The notes below the pieces were generated by a model. It saw only the letters and a list, made by a program, of their open reading frames with translations. It had not been told where the DNA came from and did no database searches. Positions 40,788 through 53,071 of a DNA stretch of 64,000 nucleotides are shown one piece after another (within the stretch, counting starts at the first letter, position 1; each line of letters starts with the position of its first letter). A program made the translations under genes and the position numbers. Origin of the DNA: Lepidodermella squamata (taxonomy: Eukaryota; Animalia; Gastrotricha). The DNA is taken from contig JBLDXI010000016.1 of assembly GCA_047495785.1 (NCBI GenBank), forward strand, positions 868,001 through 932,000, written 5' to 3'.

Positions 40788-41639
40788 ATGGAAAATTCGA
40801 ATTTTGATTTGAAAAGAAGTGTTTATTTCAATGATTTTGCGCGTGATTTTATGGCGGCTGGTCTGGCAACTGTGGCGGCTAAAACTGTAATTTCTCCCGT
40901 AGCGAATTACGTCGAAATGGCAACAGAACTCAGTCAAAACCGTTACATGGCCTACTGGTCCGGAAATGTCCTCAACATCATGCGTGGCGTGCCTATCGAA
41001 GGTTTTACGTTCGCTTTCAACTCGAAATTTCGCGCAGCTCTTCTTCGCCAAACTGACGATGAAATGACAGATTTTCCCCACTCTCCGCAGCGAATTTTCG
41101 CGATTAACCTAGCTGCCGGAGCTTTGGCTGGCGCGACAACTGTAGTTACGCTCTACCCGATGTACTCGGCGTTTGGCGCAAGTTTTTCCGCGACAGATAT
41201 TGGCGAAAAACTGACAAGTCTAACAGATAGTAATTACACGCGAAGTTTTCGAGGCTGGTATCGCGGCTTTTTACCGTCGCTTCAATGCGTGACCGTGTAT
41301 CGAGCGTTTTATTTTGGCCTGTATGAAACGCTGATATCAGCTTTTTCACAGAACAAACTCGACCCGCCTGGGTTTTTCTTCTCATGGGCTATTGCTCAAA
41401 CGACAACGCTAACAGCCAGTTTTATTGCCTATCCTTTTGACATTGTTCGACATCGGCTGTCAGTTAGGTATGGGTCTGGGTTGACGTTGTGGCAATGCTG
41501 GGTCAAAATTTGGCGGAAAAATGGCGTCGCTGGGTTTTATCGCGGGGTCGGCTCGAGTGCAATTCGAACTGTCGGGGCCGCCCTTTTATTACCCATCTAT
41601 GACCTAATTCTTTCTCAAATGCGCAAAGAGGTTCAATAA
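40788..41639 (+). CDS. Second divergent ADP/ATP carrier-like SLC25 protein, intronless
   Basis: DFMAAGLATVAAKT, YWSGNVLNIMR, YRAFYFGLYET, SWAIAQ, YPFDIVR, GFYRG. Confidence 0.85.
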   Translation: MENSNFDLKRSVYFNDFARDFMAAGLATVAAKTVISPVANYVEMATELSQNRYMAYWSGNVLNIMRGVPIEGFTFAFNSKFRAALLRQTDDEMTDFPHSPQRIFAINLAAGALAGATTVVTLYPMYSAFGASFSATDIGEKLTSLTDSNYTRSFRGWYRGFLPSLQCVTVYRAFYFGLYETLISAFSQNKLDPPGFFFSWAIAQTTTLTASFIAYPFDIVRHRLSVRYGSGLTLWQCWVKIWRKNGVAGFYRGVGSSAIRTVGAALLLPIYDLILSQMRKEVQ

Positions 41640-42175
41640 AAATTTCTTATAATTTTTAGTGAGGTTAAAATGCTTTTATTACTTGACAAGCTCGATACAG
41701 AATTTTAATTCAACGAGCATTAGACCACCTGACGAGAGCACGTGCTCTGTCGAGCGGTATTTTCGTAATATGGCGCAGCTAGTTTTCTGAATGAGATGCA
41801 CGTGTTGAAAAAAACAACTGAACCTGCTCACTCGTTTCAGACATTATTCAGGCGATATTATGAACGTGTAATGTTGTCTTGACTTATAATCAGTTTAAAA
41901 TAACAAACACCTGTGGCAAATCTAACTCGACATTTGAAGAGAGAATTCAGTGCTATTCTTTAGAATTTATAGAGACTCCGATCTAATTAATCGATTTTGT
42001 AGCCTCTATATGCCCTGAGGGTTACGGCTCATTTATTCAGAACACTCTAGGTAGATTTTCCCCTCGAATTACCACTCGGCATAGCATATGAATAGCATCG
42101 AAATAGCACCAAAATAACATTGTAGAAATTTTCTCAGATTTATGCGCACCTTGATTTTACGCTTGACTGAACATC

Positions 42176-45100
42176 ATGGATAATATTGATTCTAGTTATT
42201 ATCGAAATTTCTTGCCTATTTGGGTGACTTCAACGCCCGATTTCGCCAAGTACGAATCTGAATCCTTTAAAACTACCGGGCGGCCGAATTTATCAATGGC
42301 CGACTTTTTACGAGCAATCACGAAGCTATTCGAATTGAGTCATGGACCGGTAGACAGCGCCGTTATGGAGCGACTACTCGGCGTCATTTGCCGATCAGGC
42401 GCTTTGACACCGGCCGAATGCCTTCAAATCACTAAAGAAGTCAGTCCTGAAACGCGACTCGAGAAAATGTTTCAAACTCTGGCATTGCATGACGAAATTC
42501 GAAATTTCGATTTTTTAAGGTGGGTTTTTTCATTTTTGTTGACAAATTAATGGCGAAATGTGTATTTCAGGGCTTTGCGAACACATGGAATTCGGGCTTT
42601 GGTTGATGATCATAATTTATTGCCAAAGGCGGACCAGGGCATTGTCGACACGATAACAGAATGCCTCATCGAAAATACAAGGTTTGCAATTTTTTTAATT
42701 TTTACCTGGGGTCCAATCACTTAAAAAATGGCTAAAATTGAGGTTCCAGCGATACATTTTCCCATTTTGTTTCAATTTCCTGATCAATAATGATTCACCC
42801 TGCGGTTTTTTCTTCAGCTTCCTGGTACCGTTAGATAACTATAGGGCTCTGATATCGGATATCGGAAATCACTGCTTTGTAAAATCAAAAATCGATACAG
42901 GAAATCGATATCGACTTTGCTCCACACTCTTAGGGTGTCTAATTGGCACCCTTCAAGATTCAATATGCATTTTTATTTTTTCAAGAATTCCTCGGCTGGG
43001 GAAATTTCCGACTATAAGTGCCGATTTCCGACTACAACGCATCGAACAAAGCGCGATTTATAGTGCTGTTGAAAAATTGTTGGACCAATCTACAAGGCTT
43101 AATACTGGTGAAGAATTTTTCAGGATTATTTCATGATCAATTTCACAATTTTTTTGCTGTAGAAAAAGTTCTGTGGCTAGTTGGGGATGCTGGCCTTGGC
43201 ACCACCTCGCTGGTCACAACTATCGCTTACGATTCGAAATTTCTCGCCGAAAAATGTCGAGTTGCCAGTTTAATTTGGCTCGATATGCAACAACTATCGC
43301 CACCATCTAGCGGAACCCGGGCTTCAAGTAACTCCTTAATCACCGAAATCGGCCGGTTATTGCTTGGCGCCGATCAGGTGACAGCTTTCGGCATTGATAG
43401 CCTGGACCTTGACAGCCCAGCATCGGCCCTGATTAACCAGACTCTTCTCGCGAAAATCAACGATCACATTGCTCGGAATGTATGCCTCCTACCCGATCAG
43501 TCGATATTAATCGTTGTCGACAGTGTTACGGATATCGAAGCCTTGGCCTATGTTATAGCTAATCTAAGTCCTGTAGTTCGTTGCGTCGCGATTTTGAACA
43601 AAAAAGTTGGATTACAGACGGACGAAAAATTGCCGCTAAATTGCATTGAGATTTCGAAAATTCCCGATTCGCAAATGGCTCAAATATTGGAAAAATCATT
43701 GCCGAGTCAAAGCAATGTCCCAAAACTAGCGAAATTATGCAAAGGATCGCCTTTGATTGCTTCGCTGATAAAAAGTAAATTCGAGATTGATAACACGGGA
43801 GGGGACGATTTGATGCAATTCAGCGATGATTCGATCGATTCACTTGCTCTGAAATTGCTGGATTCGATTTTGGTTGGAAATTCGTTTTGGCGATCTTTTC
43901 TACTGTTCGAACCCGGTGAAGCTGTTGATATAGATGATTTAATGCTCATTTGGTATAGACTCGAAATATCTCTGAAAAAATTTGAAATTCGATAGTTTTG
44001 TTTAATAGGAAAGTTGGACGGCCTGAAGCTGAGCGACGTTGCCAGGAGTTTTGTCGAAAATCCCTAATCAGGCCACTTATCGATGGCGAATTTATTTCAT
44101 CCGAATCAACTGACAAAGCTAACAACAAGTTGTTCTGCGTTCACTCGATCGTATTCAACGCTACCCTTCGCCTGGCTGCTAAGCGTCAAAATCTCAACTT
44201 GAATAGGTATATTATTCCGAAAACCAGGAAACTTGAAAGAATTATAATTTTGAGAAATTTGAAAATTGAAATTGAAATTTTCCATTTTATACGAATTTCT
44301 GGAGAACTACAGTTTTCAAGAATTTGCATAATTTTGACAAATTGATAATAATTTTCTCATTAATTATTGATTTTTAGGGAATTTTCTATTAGTGTAATTA
44401 AAAAAGTTGAATTTATATTTAAATTTTTAGTTTTTATCTTTATTTTTAATTTTAGTGAAAATGTTTCTGAAATGCGATGTGCAATGATATCAGCCGCGTT
44501 TATAGCCGAAAACGGAAATATTGAGTCGACCTTCCACGAGGCTCTGCGACTCGGCAGGAAACGACTCTTATCGAAAATCATCGCAATTGTCGAATCAGCC
44601 GATTATTTGTGGCGATTTTCCGAGTGCCAGCTAATCGTCATCAATTTATGCGACTATTTTTTTCAACACGCTTACGGCTTCTTACTCGAAGATCAAAATC
44701 CTCACAACGAATCGCCAATTTTCGAATCGACGTGGTTAGAATTATTCAGCCGATTTGTGAACACCCTGGCTAAGGATGAACGTCGATCATTTGGTATAGT
44801 CAAGTCTTTTGGTCTGATTTGCGCGAGGTCAAAGGTCGCGGAAGCTTTCATCCGCCAATCTTTCGTCTACTCGACATCTTACGATGGTTTTGACTTGGTT
44901 AAAATGTTGATTGAAAGTCAACAAATGGCGCCGTATCGGAAGGGTCTTTTAACCGCGAATGAACCAAGATTCGGGCGAACTGCGTTGGTAATGGCCGCAG
45001 CTCGAGGTTTGCCTGGTTTAACCAGGTTTTTACTCGACTCAGGTGCCCATCCTGGTACTAAGGATGCTCATGGGAAAACAGCGCTAATCATCGCATTGGA

Positions 45101-48100
45101 ACATGGCCATCTCGAGGTAGCAAAAATGTTGTACAAGGAAACCAAAGTTCATCAGCCTAAAAATGGCCACGCTACCCTGATACCCCTAATCAGTGCGGCT
45201 TTGAGTGGAAAATCGGATTTGGTGAAATTTGTGTTGGAGCAGAAGGAATTTGAAATCAACGCCGTGGATGATCATCGAAGGACTGCCCTCATGGCGGCTG
45301 TTTGGAGTCGAAATCCGACAGTTGTTCAACTTATTATCGAAGCTGGTGCGGATTTAAACGCAATTGATGAATTCGGGAAAACTGCCTTAAGGTATTGTAA
45401 TACTTATTCAATCTGGAAAAATACATTTTTTTCTTTTATTACAGCCGAGCAGTTTACGATTCCAATACAGAAATCGTGAAGATTTTACTAGATCGCGGCG
45501 CCGATGTAAATTCGCGCGATAAAAATGGCCGATCGCCTCTAATGTTAGCAGCCAGTGGTGATAACGTGGAAATTCTACGATTAATGCTGCTTCAGAGCAG
45601 CGCTGTTTCGGGCCTGAAAGCTGTTGATAAGCATGGAAGAAGTGCCTTGCAAATCGCTGCTTGGAATGACCAGCTTCCAGCTGTTGAAATGCTTCTCCTG
45701 GCGTGCCCTGCGACTCTCAATTTCAAGGATAATAATGGCGTATCAGCGCTGTAAGTTGAAAATTTTCAATTTATTTTGATTAATTTTTTAATTTTAATTT
45801 TAATTTTTTCGGTAACTAACGACTTGATTATGATTAATTGTTAGTTAATTTTTTAATTGTGATTTTTTATTTATTTTTGCATTTCTTTCTCTAGAATTGC
45901 CGCAACTGAGAAAGGCAACGTTCCTATTATTCGATTGCTGATAGAAAAAGGTGCCGTAGTCGATGCTCAGGATGAAAACGGGCGAACAGGTTTAATGAGA
46001 GCGGCCGAAAACGGCCATCTCGAAACTTGCCAAGTCTTGATACAACTCGGAGCGAATGTCAATAAAACCGACCACTGCGGTCTGACCGCTTTACATCTTG
46101 CTGCCGAGGCTGGGCAGAGCCATGTTGCCAAGGCGCTTCTTGAAAATTACGGCGCTGACCCGGGTTTAGTTGACGAGTGTAACTCGACAATTCTTAAAAC
46201 TGCGTGCGAAAATGGGTTCATCGACATTGCGAAGCTGTTGCTCGCTAGGTCCAAACAGTCACTGATTTCCGTTGCGGATAACTACGGCCGAAATGCGTTG
46301 ATGATGAGTTCTCATCGAGGTATAGCTCGATTTTTTATCTTTTCTCCGAATTCTGATTTTTTTTAAATTGAAATATAGGTGATGTGTTAATGTCAAAGTT
46401 GTTGCTTTCGACGGGTCTCCTAGACATTAATGCGACGACTAATGACGGCCTCACTGCGTTGATGATGGCTGTCAAGAATAACCATATCGCCGCGGTTCAA
46501 TTATTGGTTGAATTTGGTGCGGATATCGAAATGAAGTATCGAAAAACTGGGGCTAGCGCATTAAGTAATTCGATTACACCCATGACCCAAATTGGCCCAA
46601 CATTATTTTTTCAATTTTACAGTTCTGACTGCTTGTTTCGGACACACGATGATTGCTCAGTTTTTGCTGAATAGCGGAGCGAACGTTAATTCGCGGGATA
46701 ATCGTAAGCTATCTTTCAATGGCCATCATTTTTTTAATTGAATTATTTATTAAGGAGGATTCACATCTCTCATGATAGCGGCAAAAAATGGTTGCTCTAA
46801 TCTTGTCAAAATTTTGCTGCAATTTAAGGCCAATCCGATGCTATTCGATGATAGCCACAGGTAAAAGGCTACCGGACCTGAATTTATTCGGAAGGCAACA
46901 AATTTATTATAATATTTTGCATAATCAAGGACTGCCTTGATGCGCGCAGCTTCGAATGGCCACATCTCAGTCATCCAGATGCTTCTGAAATCTTCAGCTA
47001 AAACAGACATCGAATGTCTGATCGACCAAACTGATCAGCGTGGGAAAACTGCTCTCGTTAAAGCTGCTGAAAATGGCCATGTCGCTTCAGGTGAGTCTAT
47101 TTATTGGCTACAAATTCACAACTAATTTTGTGATTTTTTTTCAATTTTCGCAGTGAAAATTTTGCTCTTGTTTGGCGCACGCGACGGCGTATCTTCGGCA
47201 ATCCTATCAGCTGCTTCTAATGGCCATGTCGAAGTGTTAGAGCTGCTCTTCAACTGCGGCCTCGACGCTGATATAATGCCGCAAACATCAATCGACGCGT
47301 TATTCGAAGCGATTCGCAGTGATCAACAACAAGTTGTCGAGTATTTAGTGAAAAAACGCGCAATTGACCCGAATTCGAGAGACAGCGAGGGCAATATTGC
47401 GCTAATAATGGCCGTCGAAGATGGCAACATCGAAATGACCCGGATTCTTGTAGAAAATAGAGCCGATGTGAATTTGAGTGGAAATCATGGATACACCCCA
47501 CTTATCATCGCCGCAAGAGAGGGCCACATTGAAATCGCTAGGTAATTAATTAAAATTAAAATTAAAATTAAAATTAAAATTAAAATTAAAATTAAAATTA
47601 AAATTAAAATTAAAATTAAAATTAAAATTAAAATTAAAATTAAAATTAAAATTAAAATTAAAATTAAAATTAAAATTAAAATGGGATTTTCAGGCTTTTG
47701 ATTCGGAACGGCGCCTCCCTGCACCAGACCGACGAGTTGAAAAATTCGGCTTTAATCGTGGCTGCTAAAAATAGACGCGCGAAAATTGCGAGATTATTAA
47801 TTGACGCTGGGGTGGAGATGAATCATCAAAATGTCTACAAAGAAACAGCTCTTATTGCCGCTGCTCGAAATGAAGACATGGCCCTAGTCCGCCTTTTACT
47901 CGAAAGAGGTGCCAACGTCGACCAGACAGACCAGCATGGCTACAACGCCCTGCTTATCAGCGTGTGGAAGGCGAATAGTTTGATGGCGAAGCTGTTACTC
48001 GATGCCGGTGCTGATATCGAAGCAAAAGATGCCGATGGTTACAACGGACTGATGTTGGCGGTTAAAAATCACGACACCGCAACAGCGCGGATTTTAATCG

Positions 48101-48321
48101 ATCGTGGCATTGATATAAATGCGACGAATACGCATGGTTACACTGCGTTGATGGTGGCGGTTTTGCGGGGTGATTTAGAGGCGGCTGAGCTGTTGCTTCA
48201 AGCTGGAGCGAACCCGGCGATTAGCGATGCGAATGGCCAATGCCCTGCTCAGGTAGCGTCGCGGAAATGCGGCGAAGAGTGGCGTGTGATTTTCAATAAC
48301 TGTAAGCATCACCTTGTCTAA
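42176..48321 (+). CDS. CED-4/Apaf-1-like STAND protein: CARD-like + NB-ARC + ~26 ankyrin repeats (multi-exon)
   Basis: Helical N-terminal domain, ENTRIPR linker, Walker A-like LVGDAGLGTTS, Walker B ILIVVDSV, CKGSPL (GxP), WHD LMLIW...FCVHSI, then G.TAL..AA repeats; junctions from exon 1 into the first ankyrin exon checked in frame. Confidence 0.8.
47545..47682. repeat. (ATTAAA)n microsatellite filling an intron
   Basis: More than 20 perfect hexamer copies between the GT donor (~47542) and AG acceptor (~47693). Confidence 0.97.
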
Positions 48322-48624
48322 ATCGTGTAATCGTTGTTGTAAAATACCGGTTACTTTGTTAAATTGAATCACTGGATCAGATATTGAATAAATTGTTTTG
48401 TTGCGTTTGCCTTCATTTTTACATGGTGATCTAGATGTAAGAACTCATAGTGAACGAACGTGTCACCGAATACTTATTATCTGAAAAGCCCGGACTCATG
48501 AGCGGTATAGGTCAAATAAAATAAGCGTGACCGAAAAAGAAAAAAACGCCACCTTAAAAATAATATTGCTTATCTTTATTCTTATTCAAGCAAAATCGCG
48601 CATAGCTCTGCAGCATGCGCCGCA

Positions 48625-49327
48625 TTAAAACGGAGTGTTGTTGTCACGAGTGGCGATGTAGGCTGCAATTTCAGGCGACTCGTTGATAGCCTTGGCCAGA
48701 GCAGTTAGTCCTGGAAATTTCTCCCATATTTTCTGGGCATCAACAATTTTGTCCCGCGGTGCAGCGTCGTAAATTTGTGCCAAAAAAGCGTCAGCATAAG
48801 TGTACTAAAATACACAAAAACTCGATAATTTTCAGTTAAAGGAATGAAAAAAAGAGTTGATTTACCCCGTCACCACCGGCAAGGTTTCTACCGCCGTTCT
48901 CTTTGACGCGACGTTCCAAGAAGCCGAGAATGCGAGGAATTAATTCGTCGGTAAGCTGCGTTAACAACTTGGCTTTCTTCTCCGCATCGCTTTCACCATA
49001 AACTTTCCCGAAGAAGTCCAAAAGTTCGCGTAGGCTTTCGAAGGCTTCGTCAGCTCTAGCTGTCTCTTCGGGCGATTTTCCAGCCATACCGGTTACTCGG
49101 CCAACATAGCGGGCAATGGCCCCGCTTTGAACAATGTGAAACGTTTTGCCGTCCTTAGTGACCTCGAGGGCAGGAACTTGGCCCAATGGCATTGTAGCCT
49201 TAATCGTCTTGGTCCATTCCTCGCCGTTGAAACGATGGTCAGTGTAAGGAGTCTTGCTTAGCACGAACATGTAACGAATGACTTCAGCTCGACCGCGGCC
49301 GTTGAAGTAATGTAAAGTGTAGGACAT
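48625..49327 (-). CDS. Glutathione S-transferase, sigma class; exons 49327-48866, 48804-48625
   Basis: [49 protein letters not shown]. Confidence 0.95.
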
Positions 49328-50058
49328 TATCAGCACTTTCTCGAATAGATCTGGTGATCAATTTACTTTGTGGGTAATACTCTGCATATAAACACCGTAA
49401 ATTAGTTAGCTGTAGTGAAAAAGGCGTCGCTCGGCCCGATAACTTGGTTAGTTGGTCATTAAAAGCAAATTATAGGGAGACAATTTTAACGAAGACTGTT
49501 ACTTCATGAGATATGTGCGCACCTATTTCTGAGAAAGCTTATTTTTGAATATTTCGACGCAGAAATAAAATTATATAGATGATCGCCACGTGGTGATTGC
49601 GAAGCAGATCGAGTCACGTGAATATTCATGGTCGCGTGGTTTGGCGAATCGCCATAAGCACTCAACCATCTCAGCTCATCCTCCAAGCTAAGTATGTTGG
49701 TACATCACTCTGACTTCTGGAGTGTGCCAGGACACAAAATTACAGAATTACAATAATTTAGAATGACACCAGTCTTTTTATAGCCACACGGCAGGGCTCT
49801 TTTTGTCATTTAAGTAATACGATTAGCATTGTGGACCGAATTTGTTCCTCCTGTACTTGACACAGCCGCCTTTTACCGAGGCTGACGAAAATCGCACAAG
49901 AGAGTAGAAAATTCACAGGCCCAGGAGGGCAACATGTTTTACTTTAAAGCGGATCGTTTGTTTTTCATTTCTATGAAGACCCAAATCACTGAATTATCTG
50001 AATGAACCAAGCTGAAATTGATAATTTTAAAACCAAATACAAAATTTGGGGAAAACGT

Positions 50059-50351
50059 TTTTCATCCGACCAATGTCTTATTTCATCCGACAACTAAAAA
50101 TGTGACTAAAACCAGCTGACTTGCTTTTTCATATTTTAAAAAATTACAACAAAAAAGTGATAACTCGGATCGCCATGAATCTTTCACCATAAAATTCCGC
50201 CGGTTCAGGGGCCAAAATAGGGTGCATAAAAGGGGTATGCCCCTGCGGAAAATCGAACTTGGGGAAAATCGAGAAAATCGATATTTTCATGTTGGATGAT
50301 TTTAGTCGCATTTGGTTGTCGGATGAAATAAGACATTGGTCGGATGAAAAA
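50059..50351. mobile_element. MITE-like element with ~60-bp TIRs
   Basis: ttttcatccgaccaatgtcttatttcatccgacaac vs gttgtcggatgaaataagacattggtcggatgaaaa; TSD not resolved. Confidence 0.7.
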
Positions 50352-50581
50352 AGTCACACCCAAAAAGTCACCCCAATCTCAAGGCCGGAGTTCCCTGAGT
50401 CTTCTCAAATTCACCGACAGATCATCATTATTGCAAATTTATTCATATGGTGCAGTTACGATTTGTTACATTTTGCAAAATCAATCAAAGTGTTTATGTC
50501 GGATATATAACTTACAAGTCTTGCTTTTCTAAGACTTACAACAGTTCATAACAGTAGTAATTAACTTGGAACGCTTGGTCT

Positions 50582-53071
50582 CTAATTGGGAGCATCAGTT
50601 CCAACGGCGATGCTGACGCTACTACTAAGACTGACATCCTTAACCAGACCAATCTTAGACAAACCCATCATTATCGTGCGCCGTTGGAAAAGCACGATCA
50701 GCCCGAAATTACTCGCAAGCGCGTAAGTTGTCATTATCGCGATTAGCCCAACCGGGGACATTTCAAAAACAGCCAACGCAAATGCGCACAGCAGAGCAAT
50801 CGACGCGAGGAAATACAGCGTCAGGGCAATGTTTTTCACCTCCTGATGGCTCAACTCCTCGATAAGAGCTTCGCCGAAATTAACGTGATGAGCATTTGAT
50901 TCACGCTGATTAGCCGCAATGGATAGCCTCGCGACAGAATTGCGTGTGTTATTGGAACTTTTCCGATTCACATTTCGCGAGACGGCGGCGGAATTAGGCG
51001 GACGTCCTCGCTTTTTGAAGGATCCGATAGCTGCGATGACAGACGCAAATAGCAGCAAGCCCTGAAGAGAAACTAGAACGATTGCAGATTTCGGATGGGC
51101 ATCTCCACTGTCGAAGGAACAAATGTACGAATATTCATTGAGTATCGTATCGGAAATTTCGTTGTACGAACTTTTCGTGACAACAATAGATTTCGGCATA
51201 AATTCTGCGAGGTACCATCCTTCAAGTAGACAGGAGTCGACAAACATAAGACTCGAAAAGATTGAATAATGAAGCTTTTCATTCCGATCCTCAGGTCGGT
51301 GCCTGAACCCCCAGAGTTTGAGGAATAAAGCTCCGATCATCGCAGAAAATCCCATAAGAAACAACGGCGGAACACCAATGCAAAAAGTTGAAAGTTTCTC
51401 CTGATCCGAGCTGTCTAAGGGGAATAGAAAAACTGATACCGAAATAGCTGTCGCCCCAAGGGTTGCCAAAAGGTTGAACCAATTGAACGTAGGCGAGGAA
51501 TGCCATGTCAAAAACCCAACCACCCAGTTGAAAAAGACAAAAACTGCCGTAGCGATAATCATGCCCAATACGATGTCTGGTCCTACATGTCTCCTGATGT
51601 CAACTTCCAATGGCTCGGTTAGAGGGGGCCTGCCATCAGGGGTGGCCCATTGCAACGGATTGAGTCGCGTGAAAAATTTGTTGATGTCACTGTTGTAGCG
51701 ATCAAGCTCCCTTGAAACTAGAACAGGCTTTCGAGAGCCCTTCGCAACTTGGAGTGCAACGATTGGAGGGTTTAGACCTTCATCTGTACCGTTGACAAAC
51801 GCATCTCGGCCAAAAACTCCGGAAGTATCAAGTTGTTTCGTGTTCCTCCGAATCAACTCTGTAAGTTCTTCTTTCCGACTCGGATCAGCAATCAGGTCTT
51901 TCAAAGTTTCATTTTGTCGATTCAGCTCTAACTCGGCGTTGTGGAGGATTCGAGCGCCCAGAATGACGTCTTGGAAACAAAAGATTCTCCAAGCATAGGC
52001 ACCCATTCGGCTCGCGAAGTCTGGAACTCGTTTCATCATCAAATCATTGAATTGGCGTAGCGTGAATCCGATCGTGTTCAATGAGTCCATTGGTACGGAA
52101 GTTGCTTGGAAATCAGGCCCGATGTACAGCGAACTTTCCGCAAATTCTTGCAACATCTTACGAGTGCAATTCGGTGGTAGGACCGCCGTATTAGCGACAT
52201 CGATCCAGGAGTTGAACATCCATATGATATGAGGCCCATACAACCCCTGACGGTGAGCTTCGCAAGCCATAGCCGGGCAGAGGTTGACGTAGCAATTGGC
52301 GTAGATGACCCTTACATCGGCAGCTTTCAGCCGGCGCAGCGATTCTGCCGGGTTATCGAAATAGAACTCCTCCGCCGCGATCTTCTTCCCAGCGGCTAGT
52401 TCTGCCTTAGCGAAGTAGATGAAGTCGTCATACGTTGTTTGCACGGCATCAGCGAGGTAACCGATACGGTTCCATCCGACTAGATTCATGATTTTCGCGC
52501 GGAATTTCTCAACCTCGAGGAAGGACGGGGCGAAACGGTAGAAATTTGCGAATCTTTTTCGATTGGTGAACTGAGGTTCCGTGCACCCAACTACAACATT
52601 TATGAACCCATAACTCTGCGGCATTCTTGAGGCAGTTGTGCATGTCGGTGAACAGATACCTCCCAGATAAATCGGAGGGACATACGCTTCACTCGCGAAG
52701 GTTTCGTTCACCGGCAACGATGCAACTCCGAACGTCTTCGAGCTCGGGACGACAGGTTTCAGGTTTTCGTACATGTTTATCGTGGTTTTCAGAGCAGCAA
52801 CTGCTAGGCACTGGTCGTCGGCCATATCAATTTGAATTTTGTAATTCGGAAGGATATCAGGGTTTGCGTTGATAGCGTCCAGAGCGATTGTTGAAGCTTC
52901 CGTGCACATGTTGCCCATCGGGTTAACCGGCCCACCTAGCGGAGCATTCATCGGAATCTTAAGGGTGTATTGCTTATCGGCTATTGTTCCTTTCAAGATC
53001 CCGAGCATCATCACCAGCAACACTTTTCGGCTTAACCAACCCTGGAAAATCTTTGTTTTCAAGCTGCTCAT
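50582..53071 (-). CDS. GABA-B-like class C GPCR, copy 1, intronless
   Basis: Venus flytrap (ALDAINANPDILPNYKI...DDQC, GICSPTC, CEAHRQGLYGP.IIW), W..DG.PP linker without cysteine-rich domain, seven TMs. Confidence 0.9.
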   Translation of the reverse strand: MSSLKTKIFQGWLSRKVLLVMMLGILKGTIADKQYTLKIPMNAPLGGPVNPMGNMCTEASTIALDAINANPDILPNYKIQIDMADDQCLAVAALKTTINMYENLKPVVPSSKTFGVASLPVNETFASEAYVPPIYLGGICSPTCTTASRMPQSYGFINVVVGCTEPQFTNRKRFANFYRFAPSFLEVEKFRAKIMNLVGWNRIGYLADAVQTTYDDFIYFAKAELAAGKKIAAEEFYFDNPAESLRRLKAADVRVIYANCYVNLCPAMACEAHRQGLYGPHIIWMFNSWIDVANTAVLPPNCTRKMLQEFAESSLYIGPDFQATSVPMDSLNTIGFTLRQFNDLMMKRVPDFASRMGAYAWRIFCFQDVILGARILHNAELELNRQNETLKDLIADPSRKEELTELIRRNTKQLDTSGVFGRDAFVNGTDEGLNPPIVALQVAKGSRKPVLVSRELDRYNSDINKFFTRLNPLQWATPDGRPPLTEPLEVDIRRHVGPDIVLGMIIATAVFVFFNWVVGFLTWHSSPTFNWFNLLATLGATAISVSVFLFPLDSSDQEKLSTFCIGVPPLFLMGFSAMIGALFLKLWGFRHRPEDRNEKLHYSIFSSLMFVDSCLLEGWYLAEFMPKSIVVTKSSYNEISDTILNEYSYICSFDSGDAHPKSAIVLVSLQGLLLFASVIAAIGSFKKRGRPPNSAAVSRNVNRKSSNNTRNSVARLSIAANQRESNAHHVNFGEALIEELSHQEVKNIALTLYFLASIALLCAFALAVFEMSPVGLIAIMTTYALASNFGLIVLFQRRTIMMGLSKIGLVKDVSLSSSVSIAVGTDAPN

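Noticed and set aside
40715-40790. Tandem double mitochondrial carrier by splicing over the stop codon
   Set aside because: The nearest GT before the stop (40721) is a weak, phase-1 donor; the acceptor needs phase 0
47485-47724. ORF with an (IL)n tract
   Set aside because: Antisense translation of the intronic ATTAAA microsatellite
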